A DNA stretch of 32,000 bases from Trichlorobacter lovleyi SZ. Lineage in GTDB: Bacteria > Desulfobacterota > Desulfuromonadia > Geobacterales > Pseudopelobacteraceae. The position numbers were made by a program, and so were the translations under genes. The notes below the pieces were generated by a model. The model was given only the letters and a program-made list of their open reading frames with translations. It was not told the DNA's origin and did not search any database. Location of the stretch: positions 3,240,001 through 3,272,000 of the forward strand of contig NC_010814.1 of the NCBI RefSeq assembly GCF_000020385.1. Reading direction: 5' to 3'. Numbering within the stretch: the stretch's first letter is position 1; the number at the start of each line of letters is the position of its first letter. Below are positions 1 to 7,385 of the stretch, one piece after another.

Positions 1-518
1 GCAATCAGGCTGCGGATATCATCCTGAAAGCCCATATCCAGCATCCGGTCCGCCTCATCCAGCACCAGGGTCTGCAGGCTGGACAGATCAAGACTGCCCC
101 GCCGCAGGTGATCAAGCAGACGTCCGGGAGTACCCACCACCACGTGGGCACCATGCTCCAGAGAGCCCAGCTGCGGGCCAAAGGGCACTCCGCCACAGAC
201 CGTCAAGACCCGGATGTTTTCGGTAAAGCGTGCCAGACGCCGCAGCTCTTTGGCCACTTGATCAGCCAGCTCACGGGTGGGACAGAGCACCAGCGCCTGC
301 AGCTGCAGGGCTGTTGTATCAAGACGGCTTAGCAGCCCGATCCCGAAGGCAGCGGTCTTGCCGCTGCCGGTCTTGGCCCTGGCAATCAGATCTTTGCTGG
401 CCAGAATCGGCGGCAGGCTGTGGGCCTGAATCGGCGTCATGGCGGCATAGCCCAGTGAGGCCAGGTTCTTCAGCATGGCCGGCTTCAGGTGTAATGATGA
501 AAAGGCAATGGAACTCAT
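1..518 (-). CDS. dbpA: DEAD-box ATP-dependent RNA helicase, DbpA-like. Only the N-terminal 172 codons are present; the 3' end runs off the window start.
   Basis: Absent from the ORF track because it is edge-truncated. Hand translation from ATG 518 gives MSSIAFSSLHLKPAMLKNLASLGYAAMTPIQAHSLPPILASKDLIARAKTGSGKTAAFGIGLL..LVLCPTRELADQV..VVGTPGRLLDHL..LVLDEADRMLDMGFQDDI. It has the Q motif, Walker A AKTGSGKT, PTRELA, GTPGR and the DEAD box, and is collinear with the E. coli DbpA N-terminus. Confidence 0.9.
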   Translation of the reverse strand, partial: MSSIAFSSLHLKPAMLKNLASLGYAAMTPIQAHSLPPILASKDLIARAKTGSGKTAAFGIGLLSRLDTTALQLQALVLCPTRELADQVAKELRRLARFTENIRVLTVCGGVPFGPQLGSLEHGAHVVVGTPGRLLDHLRRGSLDLSSLQTLVLDEADRMLDMGFQDDIRSLI

Positions 519-542
519 TGGCTACAGCTCTCATTCTGCGCC

Positions 543-576
543 AAAAAAACCACAGGGAGGCTCCCTGTGGTTTTTT
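543..576 (-). terminator. Intrinsic terminator hairpin with A-run and T-run flanks
   Basis: Sequence is A7-CCACAGGGA-ggc-TCCCTGTGG-T6, a perfect 9-bp stem. It lies 30 nt downstream of the 606..710 ORF stop and about 25 nt upstream of the dbpA ATG. Confidence 0.6.
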
Positions 577-605
577 CAGGCATCGCTCAGACAGAGCGGT
601 TCAGA

Positions 606-710
606 TTATTTCTTGTCAGCTTTTTTGATCTTCTTTTCGGCCTTTTTCTCCTTGGGAGTCTTGGCCGGTGCCTTCTTGGTTTCTTTCTTACTATCCACAC
701 CTTTACTCAT
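606..710 (-). CDS. Small lysine-rich basic protein (34 aa), below the ORF-track length cutoff
   Basis: Hand translation gives MSKGVDSKKETKKAPAKTPKEKKAEKKIKKADKK (15 of 34 residues are K). A perfect AGGAGG sits 7 nt upstream of the ATG, and an intrinsic terminator follows. No family recognised; the K/A/P-rich composition resembles a histone H1 tail. Confidence 0.5.
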   Translation of the reverse strand: MSKGVDSKKETKKAPAKTPKEKKAEKKIKKADKK

Positions 711-808
711 AACGGTTCCTCCTGTCTGTTCCGGCTATTCTGGAGCAACCGGGCTATAGACAAGTATACCATCCTTCGGTGACAGCGGCGTGATTTATTC
801 CTGCCTGA

Positions 809-1024
809 TCAGCGGGCAGGCTTATCCAGCAGAGGCTTCAGAAATTTGTCGTAGGTGGCCCGTTGTTTGGCAGACAGCAGATCAAGATCCCCCTCGTTAT
901 CCAGCAGGAAGGTTCCCACCCCGATCACCGTCCTGGCCAGATAGCCGGTGCCCTCAACAGCAGCTTCAATCTCATCACCCCGCTTGCTCAACAGGTTTTT
1001 CAACAGACGCAGATCCAGTTCCAT
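809..1024 (-). CDS. Hypothetical protein (71 aa)
   Basis: ORF with AAGGGAG about 8 nt upstream of the ATG. It lies 41 nt downstream of the lipoprotein gene on the same strand. Codon usage resembles its neighbours. No family recognised. Confidence 0.5.
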   Translation of the reverse strand: MELDLRLLKNLLSKRGDEIEAAVEGTGYLARTVIGVGTFLLDNEGDLDLLSAKQRATYDKFLKPLLDKPAR

Positions 1025-1065
1025 GTACAGTGCTCCCTTACAAAATCCGTGTTTAATCGTTACCG

Positions 1066-2040
1066 CTACCTGCTCAGATACAGATCGGTACAGTATCTGA
1101 CGCCGTTTTCCTCCCGGTAGAGCTCGCCCGCCTGTACCTGACGCAGGAAATTCTGAGCCTGGCTGCTGCCGATGTCACCAATCGCCTTGAGCGGCATAAC
1201 CCGGTCATTGGCGGCAAAATAGTTAAATCTACCCTCAAGAAACGCAAACTCGTTCTGCGCTCCCAGCGTACCGATGGCACTGACCGCACAGTTATGTACA
1301 AAAGAGTCACCATGTCCGGCAAAGGTCTTCAGGGTCTCCATCGCAGCAGGATTATTGGTGCCCCCCAGATCAATCAACGGAAAGCAGGCGGTCGGGCTGT
1401 CGGCCTTGACCGTGCTGAGCGCAGCCGTTGTCAGCTTTTGCAGGTCATCGTTGCTGACCCTGTAACCGAAGAGACACTGGTTGATCTTGGAAGCCACATC
1501 CTTGACCACCACCGCCATCGGATCACTTATGCACGGCTTCTGGACCTCATCCATGGACCAGACCGGGATCTTGGAGTTGAAAAAGAAGGACGGGATCGAA
1601 CAGCTCTTGCTGCCCATGGTCACCTGCCCCAGAAAAATATTGTACGACTCCCAGGCGGAAAAACCGCTGGCACGATGATTGATCAGCTGATACTTCCTGA
1701 CCGTCAGGGTCAGATCAGCAGGCGCACCGCTCTCCTTTGCCGCGAGTTGCAGCGGCACACCGCGGGCGTTGAACTCTTTGACCAGTCCGTTGGCAATCCA
1801 GCCCACCGGGTCATTCAGGTTCTCCAGGGTCAACTCAACCCGTTGCAGCCCTGAGATACCGACCATATACTGCACGCTGTCCCGCTGATCCACCACCTGC
1901 ATGGTGATCGGCTTCCTGTCAACATTCTGATACACAAATCCGGGCGCAGGCGGGTCATCAGCCGTATACTTCAGTGAACAGCCGGTGATACCCAAAAGCG
2001 CGATCATGCCGATGAACAACCTTACCATTGTAGAGCTCAT
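1066..2040 (-). CDS. Lipoprotein (324 aa) with a HEAT/PBS-lyase-like repeat C-terminus
   Basis: Start re-set to ATG 2040, with GGAGGAAG upstream. The N-terminus MSSTMVRLFIGMIALLGITGC has a signal peptide plus lipobox (LGITG-C). The C-terminal segment ..HNCAVSAIGTLGAQNEFAFLE..RVMPLKAIGDIGSSQAQNFL is HEAT-like. Confidence 0.7.
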   Translation of the reverse strand: MSSTMVRLFIGMIALLGITGCSLKYTADDPPAPGFVYQNVDRKPITMQVVDQRDSVQYMVGISGLQRVELTLENLNDPVGWIANGLVKEFNARGVPLQLAAKESGAPADLTLTVRKYQLINHRASGFSAWESYNIFLGQVTMGSKSCSIPSFFFNSKIPVWSMDEVQKPCISDPMAVVVKDVASKINQCLFGYRVSNDDLQKLTTAALSTVKADSPTACFPLIDLGGTNNPAAMETLKTFAGHGDSFVHNCAVSAIGTLGAQNEFAFLEGRFNYFAANDRVMPLKAIGDIGSSQAQNFLRQVQAGELYREENGVRYCTDLYLSR

Positions 2041-2229
2041 GTCTTCCTCCCCGGTCAGATGAATGACACAACGCAGCAAGTATACCAGCCATTTGCCGGG
2101 GCTCAAGTGGTACGTTACAACCACCTGTATCCATCTCGGCAACTGCCGTCATCTGCACAGGCAACAAAACCGGCGCTTTGTTATGCTGCGTCATTGCGAA
2201 CCAGCTTATCCCATGGTACGCTTATACAC

Positions 2230-3078
2230 ATGACCGATAATGCTCTGGTAAATAAAGCTGCGGCCGCAACCTCACCGGAACTGACCGACAAGGTTGTACT
2301 CTATTTTATTGAACACGGGATGCAGATTCTTACCGCCATTGTCCTGATGGGCGCGGGTCTGTTCATTGCCCGCTGGGTCGGCAGCATCGTGCAGCGTTGG
2401 CTGAGGTCAAAGGCCTATGATGAGCCGGTCAGCAACCTGATCGTCAAGGTGATCAAGCTCCTGATCATCGTATTCATCGGGGTCATGTCGCTTGGTCAAA
2501 TGGGGGTGCAGATCACACCGCTCATCGCTGGAATCGGCGTGGCCGGGGTCGGTGTCAGCCTTGCCATGCAGGGCCTGCTTGGCAATCTTGTTGCCGGGCT
2601 GACGATTATCTTTTCAAAGCCGTTTACCATCGGTGAATATATTGAACTGCTTGGTGTCTATGGTCAGGTTACCGACATCTCCCTTTTTTCCACCACCCTG
2701 CAGCACACTGACAATTCTCGTGTGATTGTGCCCAACCGGAAGATTGTTGGTGAGATCCTGCACAATTACGGTAACATCCGCCAGCTTAACCTGACAGCCG
2801 CCATCGCCTACAATGCGGATATCAGTCAGGCGCTTGCACTGGTGAACACAATCCTGCAGCAGAATCCAATGGTTTTGACAGAGCCGGTGCCTGCTGTGGG
2901 TATAGCAGCCCTGCATGAATCATCCATTGCCCTGGCAATCCAGCCCTGGGTAAAAGTTGATGATTTTGTCCCTGCCCAGGCGGCAATCTATCAGGCGGTC
3001 ATTGAGCAGTTCCGTGACCAGCAGATCGAAGTCCCCATTCCCCGCCGCAATATCCAGATCCTGAATCCTACCCCCTGA
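2230..3078 (+). CDS. Small-conductance mechanosensitive channel, MscS family (282 aa)
   Basis: Start re-set to ATG 2230. TM helices are followed by the conserved MscS beta domain ..FSKPFTIGEYIELLGVYGQVTDISLFSTTLQHTDNSRVIVPNRKIVGEILHNYG. Confidence 0.85.
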   Translation: MTDNALVNKAAAATSPELTDKVVLYFIEHGMQILTAIVLMGAGLFIARWVGSIVQRWLRSKAYDEPVSNLIVKVIKLLIIVFIGVMSLGQMGVQITPLIAGIGVAGVGVSLAMQGLLGNLVAGLTIIFSKPFTIGEYIELLGVYGQVTDISLFSTTLQHTDNSRVIVPNRKIVGEILHNYGNIRQLNLTAAIAYNADISQALALVNTILQQNPMVLTEPVPAVGIAALHESSIALAIQPWVKVDDFVPAQAAIYQAVIEQFRDQQIEVPIPRRNIQILNPTP

Positions 3079-3092
3079 TCCCTGGCAGGCTG

Positions 3093-3620
3093 CTACCGTG
3101 GCCGTCGCTTTTTGCCCTGTTTACCAGGCGGCAGGGCCGCACTCTTGAACCCAGCTTCATAGCCCACTTCAAAGCTGGCGTTGCTGCTGTTGTGCATACT
3201 CAGAAAATGGGTATTGCCTTGATCAAAGGGGCAGATCGGCTGACTGCATGGTTCAAAACCGAAGCGTGCATAGTAGGCCGGTTCCCCCAATACAAACAGG
3301 GGCTGACTCTTGATCGCTTCCTGGCGCAGGGCAAACCTGAGCAGTTCACTCCCTATCCCCTGTTTTTGAAAATCCGGTGCCACCGCCATGGGGGCCAGAT
3401 GCAGACCGCAAAGCTGTTTGCCGTTGTAGGCGTTGGAAAAGGCGATGTAGGCAATCACCTTGTTGGTATGGATGCAGACCCATTCATGGATCGGACGGTT
3501 ATTTTCATGGAACTTCTGCACCAGCAAGGTTTCATAATTGCTGTTAGGAAAGGCCCGCTGCAGCAGGGCATAGACCTTGGGGCGGTTTTCCGGGGTTACT
3601 TTCTGGATCTTCATATTCAT
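3093..3620 (-). CDS. GNAT family N-acetyltransferase (YhbS-like)
   Basis: Acetyl-CoA motif A VAPDFQKQGIGSELLRFAL and ..YYARFGFEP. The start is ATG with GGAGAG upstream. Confidence 0.85.
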   Translation of the reverse strand: MNMKIQKVTPENRPKVYALLQRAFPNSNYETLLVQKFHENNRPIHEWVCIHTNKVIAYIAFSNAYNGKQLCGLHLAPMAVAPDFQKQGIGSELLRFALRQEAIKSQPLFVLGEPAYYARFGFEPCSQPICPFDQGNTHFLSMHNSSNASFEVGYEAGFKSAALPPGKQGKKRRPR

Positions 3621-3758
3621 CTCTCCACCGAGTTATTCCAATTCAAAATCAAGGATGAGATCAAGGCGGCGAGGAGTTCGGTGACGCAGGCGTACACGTA
3701 GTACGTTGAGGAACCGATGACAAGCCAACGAAGATATCGCCTTGAGCTGGAATTGGAA

Positions 3759-5021
3759 TTATGCCAGTAATAACGCCAAGGCATGCAGCAGCAGGCCGAT
3801 CACACCACCCACCAGGGTGCCGTTCATCCTGATAAACTGCAGGTCGGAACCGATGGAGAGCTCGATCTCGTTACTGTAATCAGCACTGTCCCAGGTCTGT
3901 ACCGTACCTGCAATATGCCCGGCAACGGCATTGCGCAAGGTATCCCCGTAGTGCAGCACCAGCTTTGCAAGGTAGTCATTCAGTGAATCCTTCAGCCCCT
4001 GATTGTCCGAAAGGGTCGTGCCAAGCCCGGCAACTGCCGCTGTGATCTTCTGCTGCAGTTTTGAATCAGACTGCTGCAGGTCATGCTGCAGCCAGCTTTT
4101 CAGATCATTGCCGATATTGCGGGCATAGTCAGTAATCGCCTGATTATGCAACACCTCCTGCTTGACCCCCTCAACCTTGTTGCGCAGCTCAGGATCGTTC
4201 TGCAGGCGGGCGACAAGATTCATCACCGCAGCATCAAAACTCTGGCGCAGTTCATGACCGGGATCGGCATTGACCGCCTGAATAAAATCGTTGATCCTGC
4301 CAGCCACCTTCTCTCCGGCGCCCCTGGTAAACTGTTCCCGGTTCGGAATAAAAACGCTCAACAACGGATACTCTTTGGTAACCATCTCATCAATTGAACT
4401 GGCCAACCTGCTTTGGGCCTGCTCAGTGGCCAACCAGGCCGCGAGGCGTTTCAGCAGGTCATCCAGCACCACCTGGTGACGGTTGTCGTTCCTGAGCGCC
4501 TGCAGCATCGCCCCGGCCGTGCCGGAGAGATCAAACCGTTCAACCCGGCTGCCCAGAGCAGCCCGCAGCCACTGCTGCACCCGCTCATCATCAATAAAAT
4601 CCAGCGAATCAAGCAGCAGCCGGGTCACCCCCCGGGACAGATCAGCCGCATGTTGCGGCGCCATCAGATAAACGGCCAGCTGTTCAGCCGGGTTATAGGC
4701 CCGCAGCTTGGCGATCAGGGTATCGCTGGCCAGGAACTTGTCACGGATGAAGGTGGCCAGATTGCCGGCAATCGCCCCCTGTTTGTGCTTGATGATGGCG
4801 GTATGGGGGATCGGCAGTCCCAGGGGATGACGGAACAGCGCCACCACCGCAAACCAGTCCGCCAGCGCGCCAACCATGGCCGCCTCGGCAAAGGCGGCAA
4901 CCCATTCCCAGGCGCCATGCCCGTTTTGCAGGCGGGCAACCACAAACAGCAGGGCTGCACCGATCATCAGGCCGGTGGCGATTCTCTTGTTTCTGATCAG
5001 CAGTTTTCTTCTCGTTTCCAC
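3759..5021 (-). CDS. DUF445-family membrane protein (YjiN-like), 420 aa
   Basis: N-terminal TM segment, then ..GALADWFAVVALFRHPLGLPIPHTAIIKHKQ.., typical of DUF445, and a C-terminal TM segment. GTG start with GGAGAG upstream. Confidence 0.8.
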   Translation of the reverse strand: METRRKLLIRNKRIATGLMIGAALLFVVARLQNGHGAWEWVAAFAEAAMVGALADWFAVVALFRHPLGLPIPHTAIIKHKQGAIAGNLATFIRDKFLASDTLIAKLRAYNPAEQLAVYLMAPQHAADLSRGVTRLLLDSLDFIDDERVQQWLRAALGSRVERFDLSGTAGAMLQALRNDNRHQVVLDDLLKRLAAWLATEQAQSRLASSIDEMVTKEYPLLSVFIPNREQFTRGAGEKVAGRINDFIQAVNADPGHELRQSFDAAVMNLVARLQNDPELRNKVEGVKQEVLHNQAITDYARNIGNDLKSWLQHDLQQSDSKLQQKITAAVAGLGTTLSDNQGLKDSLNDYLAKLVLHYGDTLRNAVAGHIAGTVQTWDSADYSNEIELSIGSDLQFIRMNGTLVGGVIGLLLHALALLLA

Positions 5022-5060
5022 GTACTCTCTCCAGAACTGTTTTCACCTAAACGGATAAAC

Positions 5061-5091
5061 ACAAAAAACCGCCTCTCAGGTGGAAGCGGTT
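5061..5091 (-). terminator. Intrinsic terminator downstream of the DUF1653 gene
   Basis: The minus-strand RNA forms AACCGCUUC-caccuga-GAGGCGGUU followed by UUUUUUGUGUUU. The one non-Watson-Crick pair is G-U on the minus strand but C-A on the plus strand, which supports minus-strand function. Confidence 0.6.
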
Positions 5092-5139
5092 TCCAGTTTG
5101 CAGCCAATGTATGGCATGGCAAGGGTAATTTTGTCAATG

Positions 5140-5412
5140 TCAACCGGGCAGTTCTGCCCTGATCCGTTCAAAACGCGGCAGCTCGCGTCCGTCAACCGGC
5201 ACGGTTTCCAGAAACATGGCCAGCGGCCGCACCCAGAGCGAATTGTTGTCATAGAGACAGCGATAGACCACCAGCTGCTCATCGCTCTCGCTGTGACGGG
5301 CTACCCCGACAACCTCGTATTCGCCTCCCTTGTAATGCCGGTATCTGCCCGGCAACGGTTCCGGCAGCTTCATCAGATCAGCGTCCGGTCTTCCACCCTG
5401 GTGATTTTCCAT
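5140..5412 (-). CDS. DUF1653 domain protein (90 aa)
   Basis: ..GRYRHYKGGEYEVVGVARHSESDEQLVVYRCLYDNNSLWVRPLAMF.. is the DUF1653 core. The start is moved from the track's GTG 5424 to ATG 5412, because GGAGAG lies 11 nt upstream of 5412. Confidence 0.8.
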   Translation of the reverse strand: MENHQGGRPDADLMKLPEPLPGRYRHYKGGEYEVVGVARHSESDEQLVVYRCLYDNNSLWVRPLAMFLETVPVDGRELPRFERIRAELPG

Positions 5413-5528
5413 GATTCCGCTCACTCTCCGGCATGCCTGTGCAGCACGCCCCGCACCTGCGCGGCAGCTGCAGCAGGGCTGTCAGCCGCACTTTTCGTTA
5501 AAATGTCTGTGCAGCAGGCCGGTGCCGG

Positions 5529-5557
5529 TTGCCATCCCCTGCTGATTCAGCTAGTAT
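5529..5557 (+). promoter_or_regulatory. Candidate sigma70 promoter for the PpiC-SseB gene
   Basis: TTGCCA-N17-TAGTAT, located 34 nt upstream of ATG 5591. Confidence 0.35.
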
Positions 5558-5590
5558 CGCAGCAGCTTTTACCACCAACAAGGAGTACAT

Positions 5591-6319
5591 ATGCCTGCTA
5601 CCGCCCGCCACATTCTTGTGGATACCGAAGCCCGCTGCCTGCAACTCAAGGCTGACATTGAAGCCGGTGCCGACTTTGCCGACGTTGCCCAGCGCGAATC
5701 ATCCTGCCCCTCCCGTCAAAAGGGGGGCGATCTTGGCACCTTTGGCCCCGGCCAGATGGTGCCCGAGTTTGACCAGGTCGTCTTCAGCGGTGAGCTGAAC
5801 AAGGTGCTCGGCCCGGTCAAGACCCAGTTCGGTTACCACCTGATCGAGGTCACCAACCGCTGGGAGCAGCCTGCGACACAGGCAGGGGGCGAATCCGACC
5901 TTGACCAGGCACTGGTTGCCCTGCGTCAGGACATGTCCGATGCCACCGCCCAATCGAAGTTCTACGACGCCTTTCTCAACACCCTGTTCTGCGTACCGAC
6001 CCTTGACCCCAAGGAGTTCAAGGGAGAGGTCAAGATCGAGGAAGGACAGACCCTGCCGCTGATCATTGAGGCAGACGGACAGGACTACCTGATGATCTTT
6101 GACAGTGAAGAACGCCTGAAGGGCTGGGCAACCGGCCACGCTCAATGGGTCAAGGTTCCGGGCTACGTGCTTGCGGCCACCACCATGCCGCCGCTGCATA
6201 TTGCCATGAACGTCGGTACCGAATACTCAAAGCAGTTCCTGCCCGATGAGATCACCTGGCTGCGTGAGGTGGTGGAGCGCTGTAACCAGGCCAACGCAGA
6301 GCAGGAACAGGCGGGCTGA
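5591..6319 (+). CDS. Parvulin-type peptidyl-prolyl isomerase (PpiC-like) fused to an SseB-like C-terminal domain
   Basis: Residues 1-92, ARHILV..ADFADVAQRESSCPSRQKGGDLGTFGPGQMVPEFDQVVF..GPVKTQFGYHLIEV, are collinear with E. coli PpiC. Residues ~105-235, FYDAFLNTLFCVPTLD..LPLIIEADGQDYLMIFDSEERLKGWA..WVKVPGYVLA..LHIAMNVGTEYSKQFLPDEITWL, resemble the SseB family. AAGGAG RBS upstream. Confidence 0.85.
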   Translation: MPATARHILVDTEARCLQLKADIEAGADFADVAQRESSCPSRQKGGDLGTFGPGQMVPEFDQVVFSGELNKVLGPVKTQFGYHLIEVTNRWEQPATQAGGESDLDQALVALRQDMSDATAQSKFYDAFLNTLFCVPTLDPKEFKGEVKIEEGQTLPLIIEADGQDYLMIFDSEERLKGWATGHAQWVKVPGYVLAATTMPPLHIAMNVGTEYSKQFLPDEITWLREVVERCNQANAEQEQAG

Positions 6320-6351
6320 CGCCGGCTCCTGACCATCATACCGATGCAGTA

Positions 6352-6379
6352 TCACAGGCGGCCGATTGGCCGCCTGTGA
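6352..6379. terminator. Bidirectional terminator hairpin between convergent genes
   Basis: TCACAGGCGGCC-gatt-GGCCGCCTGTGA, a perfect 12-bp stem. Confidence 0.6.
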
Positions 6380-6400
6380 CCATATCTGCACTCCCGCCTG

Positions 6401-6676
6401 TCAGTAACGCTTGCACATCCAGCCGGTAACCGTCTTGTCAAAGGCCTCACCCTTGTCGATAAAGGTCTGGTAGGCCGTCTTATCTTTCAGATAGTTGGAA
6501 AGATTCACAATCGAGACAAACGTGCTTTGCCCCTTGGTGCCGGTGGCCCCTCCATTGCCGCATCCGTTCAGCCCGGGAGCGCCAATGCAGACGCAGGAGA
6601 TCACATCGGCCCCGGCCTGCCCGGCGCTGAGACCCAGCAGCAGCCCGACCAGACATCCACAAAAGATTTTTCCCAT
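6401..6676 (-). CDS. Small secreted cysteine-containing protein (91 aa), unknown function
   Basis: Start re-set to ATG 6676, with AGGAGGAGAA 4 nt upstream. Signal peptide MGKIFCGCLVGLLLGLSAGQAGA. The mature part has 4 Cys and a G-rich stretch. No family recognised. Confidence 0.6.
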   Translation of the reverse strand: MGKIFCGCLVGLLLGLSAGQAGADVISCVCIGAPGLNGCGNGGATGTKGQSTFVSIVNLSNYLKDKTAYQTFIDKGEAFDKTVTGWMCKRY

Positions 6677-6697
6677 TGTCTTCTCCTCCTGTCCCAC

Positions 6698-7216
6698 CTA
6701 CCTAGGTTTTTTCGGCCCCGGTGCCGAGTTCCGCCCCTGCCGGGCATCCAGCTCGTCAATCCAGCCGGCCCTGGCATCCAGAAAGGCATCGGCATAGGGC
6801 ACATACGGTTTGATATCCAGCACCGGTGTGCCATCCAGCAGATCCACACCGCGCAGTTGCAGCGTTCTGCCCTCAATCGCCACCAGCTCCACCGCCGACA
6901 GCCCAATGGCATTGGGGCGGTGGGGTGAACGGGTGGCCAGCACCCCTCGCTTCGGCCCGCCCCGTGGCGGCTTGACCATACTTTTCCAGCCCTCGCTGAG
7001 ATGAAAGGCAAAGATCAGCCAGATCCGTTCAAAGCCGCTCAGATCCTGCACAACCTGCTCATCCAGCCATTCGGCAAGCTCCAGCGTGGCCAGCGCCGGC
7101 TGCCCGCTTTCCGTACCCTCCACCACCGTTCCTTGATGGGGTGCGTCAATACGGCGGGTATAGGGTGAATGCAGGATGCCGATGGGCTGATAGCTGAACT
7201 GGCTGAGATGGCTCAT
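6698..7216 (-). CDS. trmO: tRNA (N6-threonylcarbamoyladenosine37-N6)-methyltransferase, TrmO/TsaA family (172 aa)
   Basis: Start re-set to ATG 7216. ..YQPIGILHSPY..ERIWLIFAFH..RGVLATRSPHRPNAIGLSAVELV..LRGVDLLDGTPVLDIKPYVPYAD is the YaeB/TsaA signature. Confidence 0.85.
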   Translation of the reverse strand: MSHLSQFSYQPIGILHSPYTRRIDAPHQGTVVEGTESGQPALATLELAEWLDEQVVQDLSGFERIWLIFAFHLSEGWKSMVKPPRGGPKRGVLATRSPHRPNAIGLSAVELVAIEGRTLQLRGVDLLDGTPVLDIKPYVPYADAFLDARAGWIDELDARQGRNSAPGPKKPR

Positions 7217-7318
7217 GGCGGCGATGCTAGCGCGGGATGCAGATATCGGCAACAAAAAAGCAGCCACCCTGCCGGACAGTCTCACGAATGAAGTATACAG
7301 GTAGACAGGTATACACAA

Positions 7319-7347
7319 TTGTCGACGCCTTCCCGAGACTCTATAGT
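7319..7347 (+). promoter_or_regulatory. Candidate sigma70 promoter for the DRTGG-domain gene
   Basis: TTGTCG-N17-TATAGT, located 39 nt upstream of ATG 7386. Confidence 0.35.
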
Positions 7348-7385
7348 ACCGCTACCGATACCGCACCCACGTTTCGAGGACGTTC

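Noticed and set aside
1066-2142. N-terminal extensions in the ORF track. Examples: 1066..2142, 2059..3078, 5140..5424, 6401..6697, 6698..7318, 8534..9019, 15395..16672, 19129..19716, 25872..26153, 26241..26765, 26656..29157 and 30447..31289.
   Set aside because: The longest-ORF starts include GTG/TTG codons and lack SD sequences. Internal ATGs are preceded by good SDs and give proper signal peptides, lipoboxes or family-typical N-termini, so I used the shorter coordinates.
5132-5143. Duplicated TTGACATTGACA on the minus strand as a promoter, giving a terminator-containing attenuator leader for the DUF445 gene
   Set aside because: The motif overlaps the DUF1653 stop codon and has no convincing -10. 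Any transcript from it would begin essentially at the terminator stem, leaving no room for an antiterminator. The hairpin is more simply the DUF1653 terminator.
4413-5162. 249-aa plus-strand ORF antisense to the DUF445 gene. The same reasoning covers similar long antisense ORFs at 1294..1854(+), 3192..3701(+), 5080..5655(+), 17927..18574(+), 21582..22169(-), 25171..25836(-) and 26623..27132(+).
   Set aside because: Each one overlaps a confidently assigned gene on the opposite strand. All lack an SD sequence and family motifs and have the skewed R/G/P/Q composition of antisense frames in high-G+C DNA.
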